Origin: Candidatus Zhuqueibacterota bacterium
GTDB taxonomy: Bacteria > Zhuqueibacterota > Zhuqueibacteria > Thermofontimicrobiales > Thermofontimicrobiaceae
Assembly (NCBI GenBank): GCA_049322915.1
Contig: JBMOPW010000036.1
Span: 1-64,000 of the forward strand
DNA: 64,000 nt
Direction of reading: 5' to 3'
The stretch's first letter is position 1, and every line of letters begins with the position of its first letter. Both the position numbers and the translations under genes were made by a program. The notes under the pieces were generated by a model. The model saw only the letters and a program-made list of their open reading frames with translations. It made no database searches and was not told the origin of the DNA. Positions 57,887 to 64,000 of this stretch are shown here, piece after piece.

Positions 57887-60187
57887 ATGAGAAAAACACG
57901 ATGGATTTGGTCTGTCCCTGTGATATTTCTGTTAATAGGAATGACTGCGCCGGGTCACGGTCAGGGGACAATGCCGGTTGGCTCGATCCAGGGGCGGCTG
58001 GTCGACGCCGAGACGAAAACCCCGCTCATTGGGGCGAATGTCATCATTTATGGTACAACTTTGGGAGCGGCAACCGATGTTGATGGCGCCTATTTCATTC
58101 CCAATGTGCCGGTGGGAAATTATTCGCTCGAATTCCGCTATATCGGTTACGGAACCCTGAAACGCGCGGATGTCATTGTCCGTTCCGAGCGAAGGACATT
58201 TGTCAACGCGGAGTTGCATCCGGCAGCCGTTGAAATGGAAGAAGTTGTGGTGAGCGCCGGGTATTTTTCCGATGTTACTGACCAGGCCGTAAGCGCCATC
58301 AATTTTTCCAGCGAAGAAATTCGGCGCGCGCCGGGTTCTGCCGGCGATGTCAGCCGCATTGTGATGACTCTGCCCGGTCTGGCCAAAGTGAACGACCAGA
58401 GCAACAATCTCATCGTCCGGGGCGGCAGTCCCATGGAAAATACATTTTACATTGATAATATCGAAATTCCGAACATCAACCATTTCCCCAACCAGGGCGC
58501 GTCCGGCGGACCCATCGGCATTCTGAACGTGGATTTCATTCAGGATGTCACCTTTGTCACCGGCGGTTTTCCGGCAATTTACGGGGATAAACTTTCCTCG
58601 ATCATGGACATCACGTTTCGGGAGGGCAATACGGACGAATTCGATGGGCAACTGGACTTGAATTTTGCCGGATTCGGAGGGACGTTCGAGGGTCCGGCGT
58701 TCGGGAAAAAAGGGTCGTGGCTTCTGTCGCTGCGCCGGAGTTATCTGGATTTTGTCGTCAAAGCCTTTGACGCCGGCTCGACCATTGCGCCTCGCTACGG
58801 CGATATTCAGGGCAAGGTGGTGTATCCGCTGAATAAAAACCACAAGCTGAGTCTCCTCGGTATCTTTGCCGACGATCATAATGCGCCGGACAGAGATGTT
58901 GCCATTGAAAATTACATGACCCACTTTGGCCGCCAGAACCTCTACCAGGGAACGATTGGCCTGAACTGGCGCGCGCTGTGGTCTGGCATTGGGTATTCGA
59001 ACACGTCGCTGGCTTTCATGTCGAACGTCTACCATGAGGATTTTTATGAAACAACGACCGGTATTTTTGACATAAAAAACCACTCGCGCGAGCAGTCGCT
59101 GAATTTCAGAAATGTCAATTGCCTGAAAATTGGGAAGGTCATGAACCTGGATTTCGGTCTGGAGATGAAACAGATCCGGGAGCATTACGATAATTGGTAC
59201 GCCGGCGCGACCAATGCTGTGGGCGAGTTTGCGCCGGCGTTGAATTTTCAACGCACGATTACTGCTTCCCGGGTCGGCGCTTTCCTGAGCGTTACGGCGA
59301 ACCCTGGCCTTCGATTTTCACTGACCGCTGGCGGTCGCTGGGACTACTTTTCCTACAATCGCCAATCCCGGTGGTCGCCGCGCCTGGCTTTGGCCTATCG
59401 CATCACTGCGGCCACATCCCTGCATGGTTCGCTGGGATTGTATTATCAGAACCTGCCGCTGTTGCTGCTGGCGCAACAGCCGGAATTCAAATCGCTACGT
59501 ACGCCCCGGGCCAGGCATGCCATTGCCGGCGTGAGTCATTTGCTCACGGAAAATACAAAACTGATTCTCGAAGTGTACCACAAGGCGTACAGCCATTTCC
59601 CAATCGACACTGACGCGCCTTCGCTGTTCATTGTTGATGAGTCATTTTTCAATTCCTACACCCGTCTGGTTGACACTGGCGAAGCGGCTTCGTATGGATT
59701 GGAGGTCACGGCGCAGAAAAAATTGGCAGCGGATTTTTATGGGCTGATGTGCGCGTCCTATTTTCGGTCACGCTACAAAGGCAGCGATAGTGTCTGGCGA
59801 AATCGAAATTACGACAATCGCTGGACATTCAGCGTGGAGGGCGGTTATAAACCAGATGTGAAATGGGAGTTCAGTCTGCGCTGGATCTACGCCGGCGGCG
59901 TCCCGTATACCCCGCTCGACATTGAAAAATCGAAGTACTATCACCGGGCCACATTGGACGCCGTGCGCGTGAATGAACTCCGTTATCCGGACTATCATGC
60001 CATGAATGTGCGCTGCGATCGGCGGTTTCATTTTAACCATTCCAACCTCATCGTCTATGTCAGCGTCTGGAATGTGTACGACCGGCGCAATATTTCGAAC
60101 TATGTCTGGAGTGAGGAGGAGCAACGGGCAGTCGCAGTGTACCAATGGCGAGTGTTGCCGCTGTTCGGCCTGGAATATGAGTTTTGA
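57887..60187 (+). CDS. TonB-dependent receptor with carboxypeptidase-regulatory-like N-terminal domain
   Basis: G.TD.DG.Y; plug motifs VRGGSP.EN and GGFPA.YGDKLSS; C-terminal YEF. Confidence 0.92.
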   Translation: MRKTRWIWSVPVIFLLIGMTAPGHGQGTMPVGSIQGRLVDAETKTPLIGANVIIYGTTLGAATDVDGAYFIPNVPVGNYSLEFRYIGYGTLKRADVIVRSERRTFVNAELHPAAVEMEEVVVSAGYFSDVTDQAVSAINFSSEEIRRAPGSAGDVSRIVMTLPGLAKVNDQSNNLIVRGGSPMENTFYIDNIEIPNINHFPNQGASGGPIGILNVDFIQDVTFVTGGFPAIYGDKLSSIMDITFREGNTDEFDGQLDLNFAGFGGTFEGPAFGKKGSWLLSLRRSYLDFVVKAFDAGSTIAPRYGDIQGKVVYPLNKNHKLSLLGIFADDHNAPDRDVAIENYMTHFGRQNLYQGTIGLNWRALWSGIGYSNTSLAFMSNVYHEDFYETTTGIFDIKNHSREQSLNFRNVNCLKIGKVMNLDFGLEMKQIREHYDNWYAGATNAVGEFAPALNFQRTITASRVGAFLSVTANPGLRFSLTAGGRWDYFSYNRQSRWSPRLALAYRITAATSLHGSLGLYYQNLPLLLLAQQPEFKSLRTPRARHAIAGVSHLLTENTKLILEVYHKAYSHFPIDTDAPSLFIVDESFFNSYTRLVDTGEAASYGLEVTAQKKLAADFYGLMCASYFRSRYKGSDSVWRNRNYDNRWTFSVEGGYKPDVKWEFSLRWIYAGGVPYTPLDIEKSKYYHRATLDAVRVNELRYPDYHAMNVRCDRRFHFNHSNLIVYVSVWNVYDRRNISNYVWSEEEQRAVAVYQWRVLPLFGLEYEF

Positions 60188-60196
60188 GACGACCTG

Positions 60197-60229
60197 AGGC
60201 AGCCGGTCCTGACCGCCGGCTGCCTTTTT
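60197..60229 (+). terminator. Rho-independent terminator
   Basis: AGGCAGCCGG/CCGGCTGCCT stem followed by a T-run. Confidence 0.75.
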
Positions 60230-60285
60230 ACATTTGAGCGCCGTTTTCAATTGCATGGTGTTCGCAAAAATAACTGAAAAATTTC

Positions 60286-60314
60286 TTGCAAAAGGAGAAT
60301 GAATTAATTATATT
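60286..60314 (+). promoter_or_regulatory. Sigma70-like promoter P1 (zinc-ribbon ORF and kor genes)
   Basis: TTGCAA-17 bp-TATATT; a near-duplicate occurs at 63140. Confidence 0.65.
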
Positions 60315-60350
60315 TAACCTTTAAAATTTTCTAACCGGGGAGGATCCCAC

Positions 60351-60485
60351 ATGGAAAATCAGGCGAAATTCAAATGCCTGCGCTGCGGCCATGAATTCAA
60401 TGATAGCTACGATCCAAAAATCATGAAAGAACGCACCTGCCCCAAGTGTAAGAGCAACAGCGTCCGTCGCATAAAAGAATCGTAG
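60351..60485 (+). CDS. 44-aa zinc-ribbon/rubredoxin-like protein (absent from the ORF track)
   Basis: GGAGG RBS; MENQAKFKCLRCGHEFNDSYDPKIMKERTCPKCKSNSVRRIKES. Confidence 0.8.
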   Translation: MENQAKFKCLRCGHEFNDSYDPKIMKERTCPKCKSNSVRRIKES

Positions 60486-60652
60486 ATTTCAGTTTCCTCA
60501 AGTTCATTCGAAGATTGCGATCCCTACCGCAGAAAAATTCTATCTGCGCACTGAGGGAGTTTTTTGTTTATAAAGACAGTGACACCGTCCGGAAGTGAAA
60601 TCAATTTTTTGTTGCCCGAATATCAGCCAAATCAAATACCAGAGAGCCGGAG

Positions 60653-60865
60653 ATGAAAAAAGAAAAAAGTTTGCCGACGATTACTATCAAGAAGGAGTGG
60701 TGCAAAGGATGCGAAATCTGCGTCGAATTCTGTCCCACGGATGTACTGGCCATGAACGGGTCGGTAGTTGAAGTGGTGAATCTGGAAGCCTGCACCGCCT
60801 GTGGTCTGTGTGAAATTCGTTGCCCTGATTTTGCGATTACAGTGACGAAGAATGATCCCAAATAA
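60653..60865 (+). CDS. korD: 2-oxoacid:ferredoxin oxidoreductase delta subunit (2x[4Fe-4S] ferredoxin)
   Basis: CKGCEICVEFCP and CTACGLCEIRCPDFAI motifs. Confidence 0.9.
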   Translation: MKKEKSLPTITIKKEWCKGCEICVEFCPTDVLAMNGSVVEVVNLEACTACGLCEIRCPDFAITVTKNDPK

Positions 60866-60899
60866 CTGATTAATAAAACGAAGAGGAATAAGAATAGAG

Positions 60900-62048
60900 A
60901 TGGAAGATCATAACAGAGTACAGGTAATGACCGGAAACGAGGCCTGTGCCGAGGGCGCCATTGCCGGTGGACTCACCTTTTATGCGGGTTATCCCATTAC
61001 CCCCTCCTCGGAAATTGCCGAAATCCTTTCTCAGGAGCTTCCGAAAATCGGGGGCAAGTTCATTCAGATGGAAGATGAAATAGCGTCCATGGGAGCCGTG
61101 ATCGGCGCATCGCTGGCTGGAGCAAAAGCGATGACAGCGACCAGTGGTCCGGGTTTTTCACTGAAGCAGGAAAATCTCGGCTATGCGGCCATGGCGGAAA
61201 TTCCCTGCGTGGTGATCAATGTGATGCGCGGCGGGCCCAGCACCGGTCTGCCGACCCTGCCGGCCCAGGGCGATGTCATGCAAGCGCGCTGGGGCACGCA
61301 CGGCGATCATCCCATCATCGTACTCATGCCCAATACGGTTCGCGAGGTATTTGATCTCACCGTGCGGGCGTTCAATTTGACCGAAAAATACCGCATTCCG
61401 GTCATTGTGCTGCTGGACGAAATTCTCGGACACGTGAATGAAAAGGTCATTCTGCCCACTGCCGATGAAATAGAAGTCTGGAACCGCGTGAAACCCACTG
61501 TCCCGCCGGAACAATATTTACCATATCAGGAAACAGAGAGCGATATTCCCCCGTTTGTCAGTTATGGCGAGGGCTACCGTTTTCATGTCACAGGGCTGGT
61601 TCATGACCAGACCGGGTTCCCGACCAATAATTCGGTGCAAATTGCCAGACTGCTCAATCGGCTCAATCGGAAAGTGGAGCGCTATCGCGATGAGATTATG
61701 GATCTGGTCGAGGACAAAGATGACGGCGCCACCATTGGCGTTTTTTCATACGGATCTACCTCCCGCTCCGCGCGCCGCGCTATCATTATGGCGAGAGAAC
61801 AAGGCGTGAAAATTCATTCCATCCGACCCAAAGTAATCTGGCCGTTCCCGGATAAGGAAGTGGCAGCCATGGCCGCCGGTGTGAAGACGATTGTCGTCCC
61901 GGAGATGAATTTTGGCCAGATGGCCCACGAAGTCGAATGGGCGTCCCGCGGAAAATGCGATGTCGTCAAAGTGAATCGAATCGATGGCGAGCCCATCAAT
62001 CCGAAAGAGATTTACGATGTGATCATGGAATTGGCCGGAAAAAAGTAA
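60900..62048 (+). CDS. korA: 2-oxoacid (probably 2-oxoglutarate):ferredoxin oxidoreductase alpha subunit
   Basis: YPITPSSEI, QMEDEI, TATSGPG and RGGPSTG motifs. Confidence 0.92.
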   Translation: MEDHNRVQVMTGNEACAEGAIAGGLTFYAGYPITPSSEIAEILSQELPKIGGKFIQMEDEIASMGAVIGASLAGAKAMTATSGPGFSLKQENLGYAAMAEIPCVVINVMRGGPSTGLPTLPAQGDVMQARWGTHGDHPIIVLMPNTVREVFDLTVRAFNLTEKYRIPVIVLLDEILGHVNEKVILPTADEIEVWNRVKPTVPPEQYLPYQETESDIPPFVSYGEGYRFHVTGLVHDQTGFPTNNSVQIARLLNRLNRKVERYRDEIMDLVEDKDDGATIGVFSYGSTSRSARRAIIMAREQGVKIHSIRPKVIWPFPDKEVAAMAAGVKTIVVPEMNFGQMAHEVEWASRGKCDVVKVNRIDGEPINPKEIYDVIMELAGKK

Positions 62049-62161
62049 CTGCCGCGCGCGCATCAGCAGAGCGATCCGATCCGGTAAAAACCCTGTGTGC
62101 GTCGGCCAGGTTCAAGGCACGATTGAAAATTAGAATGCTATTTTAGTCAGAGGAACCATAC

Positions 62162-62974
62162 ATGTTCAATTACGAAAAATATCTCCGAATAAAAAAATTC
62201 CCGCTTATCTGGTGCGCCGGCTGCGGCGATGGTATTGTTCTCAAAGCGATGCTCCGCGCCATTGATCGCATCGGACTCAATAAAGATGAAATTACCATGG
62301 TCTCCGGCATTGGCTGCTCCAGCCGATTGACCGGCTACGTTGATTTCAATACGCTGCACACCACTCACGGACGCGCCATTGCGTTCGCCACAGGCGTTAA
62401 AATGGTGAAGCCGGGAATGACGGTCATCGTCGTCACCGGCGATGGAGACGCTACTGCCATCGGCGGAAATCATTACATTCATGCGGCGCGCCGGAATATC
62501 GATATCACGGTGATTTTATTCAACAACAATATTTATGGGATGACCGGCGGGCAGGCATCGCCGACGACCCCATTCGGATTTCGCGCGAGCACAGCGCCCT
62601 ATGGCAGCGTCGAAAATACCTTCAACATCAGCGGATTGGCCGAAGCTGCCGGCGCCAGTTTTGTGGCGCGGGGCACCGTGTACGATGCGCTGAAGCTGGA
62701 TAAAATGATTGAAAAGGCGATTCTGAAAAAAGGATTTTCCGTGGTGGAAGTGATGACGCCCTGTCCCACCGCATTTGGCCGACGCAATCGACTGGGCAAC
62801 GGCGCCGCAATGATCAAACAACTCAAAGAGGATGCAGTGTCCGTACAGAAGGCCGAGTCGCTGTCGGAAGAGGAATTGGCCAGCAAAATTGTCACCGGCA
62901 TTTTTGTGGACCGAGACCGGCCTGAATACACTGCCAATTATCAAAAACTGGTTGATCAACTCAAAGCGAAATGA
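62162..62974 (+). CDS. korB: 2-oxoacid:ferredoxin oxidoreductase beta subunit (TPP-binding)
   Basis: WCAGCG, SGIGCS, HGR and GDGD..IGGNH..NN.IYGMTGGQ motifs. Confidence 0.92.
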   Translation: MFNYEKYLRIKKFPLIWCAGCGDGIVLKAMLRAIDRIGLNKDEITMVSGIGCSSRLTGYVDFNTLHTTHGRAIAFATGVKMVKPGMTVIVVTGDGDATAIGGNHYIHAARRNIDITVILFNNNIYGMTGGQASPTTPFGFRASTAPYGSVENTFNISGLAEAAGASFVARGTVYDALKLDKMIEKAILKKGFSVVEVMTPCPTAFGRRNRLGNGAAMIKQLKEDAVSVQKAESLSEEELASKIVTGIFVDRDRPEYTANYQKLVDQLKAK

Positions 62975-63007
62975 GTTCGCGGAACAATTATTTTTAATGC
63001 TTCGAAG

Positions 63008-63036
63008 TCCCACGTCCATTGCGTGGGATTTTTTTT
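63008..63036 (+). terminator. Rho-independent terminator after korB
   Basis: TCCCACG/CGTGGGA stem followed by T8. Confidence 0.7.
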
Positions 63037-63139
63037 ATCAAGCAGGTTCGTTTCTGGAAACAGGGACATCGGGCAAAAAATACAAGGATGGTATTCGCAC
63101 GATGCGCCTTTTCTCCCTCAAAAATAAGTTAAAATCTAC

Positions 63140-63168
63140 TTGCAAAAGGTTAATTAAATAATTATATT
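63140..63168 (+). promoter_or_regulatory. Sigma70-like promoter P2 for korC
   Basis: TTGCAA-17 bp-TATATT, with the same flanks as P1. Confidence 0.65.
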
Positions 63169-63221
63169 TAACGCTTTGATGAGGCTACTAACTGGATGAA
63201 TTTTTATGGAGGAGTTCTTTC

Positions 63222-63770
63222 ATGAGCTATCGCTATGAAATCAGATTGAGCGGTGAAGGCGGACAGGGACTGGTTTTGGCTGGAAAAATTCTGGCGGAGG
63301 CGGCTGCAATTTATGATAATAAAAATGCCACTCAGAGCCAATCGTATGGACCAGAAGCGCGCGGTGGAGCCAGTCGTTCTGAAGTGATTATCTCCGATGA
63401 TGAAATTGATTATCCCAAGGCAATGAATATCGATCTCCTTCTTGCGCTGACTCAAGAATCATGCGATCGCTATCACAAAGACTTGAAAGACAGTGGGATT
63501 TTATTGGTGGATACCGATGCGGTGTCGCAATGCCCGCCGGGAAAATTTAAAATTTACCGGGTGCCTATTATCAACATTGCGAGGGACAAAGTCGGCCGGG
63601 TTATGGTCGCCAATATCGTTGCGCTGGGCATTATCGCCGAATTGACGAAGATCGTGTCCATCGAAGCGCTGGAATCGGCCATACTTTCGCGAGTGCCCAA
63701 AGGTACTGAAAAATTGAACATTGAAGCGTTTCGCATTGGGGTGAATACCGGGAAAGAGATCGCTGCGTGA
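63222..63770 (+). CDS. korC: 2-oxoacid:ferredoxin oxidoreductase gamma subunit
   Basis: SGEGGQG, SYGPEARGG and N.VALG motifs; GGAGG RBS. Confidence 0.92.
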   Translation: MSYRYEIRLSGEGGQGLVLAGKILAEAAAIYDNKNATQSQSYGPEARGGASRSEVIISDDEIDYPKAMNIDLLLALTQESCDRYHKDLKDSGILLVDTDAVSQCPPGKFKIYRVPIINIARDKVGRVMVANIVALGIIAELTKIVSIEALESAILSRVPKGTEKLNIEAFRIGVNTGKEIAA

Positions 63771-64000
63771 GCGTCGTTGTTGCGGATGGGGAACAGACAA
63801 TGCCGAATGGTATCTCCGGAAGTAACGCTGTACAACGGTCAGAACGAATCGAATGCTCGACATGAGGCATGGTGGCGGGATCGGCAGATGGCGCTGGACG
63901 CTCCTTCTTCGTGAATGGGTTGGGCAGTAATCTCCGGAGAAGAAGGTCTGGGATGGATGGGATCGCTGCGCCGGCGGTGAAATTGCCTCCACGATGCAAC

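Noticed and set aside
57932..59251. 439-aa minus-strand ORF (likewise 51063-51980 and 54301-55203)
   Set aside because: Antisense to the TonB receptor, DUF169 and sensor genes, with no recognisable domains.
1..64000. CRISPR array, rRNA, tRNA, integrase, transposase or reverse transcriptase (DGR)
   Set aside because: None seen. The four-helix-bundle gene has no RT or template/variable repeat pair nearby, so it is not called Avd.
63771..64000. Sequence after korC
   Set aside because: No supportable ORF or RNA, and it is truncated by the window edge.

Overview
Gene-dense bacterial chromosomal segment of moderate GC with AT-rich intergenic patches. The FlgD/T9SS-type C-terminal sorting domains, DUF1080/Gfo locus, TonB-dependent receptor and four-subunit 2-oxoacid:ferredoxin oxidoreductase suggest an anaerobic diderm of the FCB/KSB1 type (inference). 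From left to right: (1) three tandem secreted modular proteins with FlgD-Ig/T9SS-like C-terminal domains, interrupted by an AT-rich single-gene insert that looks like an integron gene cassette with a full attC site but no integrase, itself carrying a MITE-like element in its leader; (2) an MFP-RND-TolC efflux operon; (3) two secreted glycoside-hydrolase-like genes; (4) a pyruvoyl arginine decarboxylase / deoxyhypusine-synthase-like / agmatinase polyamine operon; (5) a lipocalin; (6) two CoA-acylating aldehyde dehydrogenases around a long-form urocanate hydratase; (7) MutS-like and EamA genes; (8) a ~14 kb DoxX / three Gfo / MFS / sugar-phosphate-isomerase-like / DUF1080 locus resembling 3-keto-glycoside oxidation-elimination pathways, containing a repeat-flanked four-helix-bundle gene and MITEs; (9) penicillin-acylase-like, EgtD-like, DUF3365 cytochrome c, DUF4097 and DUF169 genes; (10) a propeller-SpoIIE sensor phosphatase, nitroreductase, membrane AraC and TonB receptor; (11) a 44-aa zinc-ribbon ORF missing from the ORF track, followed by korDABC. 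No rRNA, tRNA, CRISPR array, integrase or transposase was seen. All family calls come from motif recognition by eye, not database searches.
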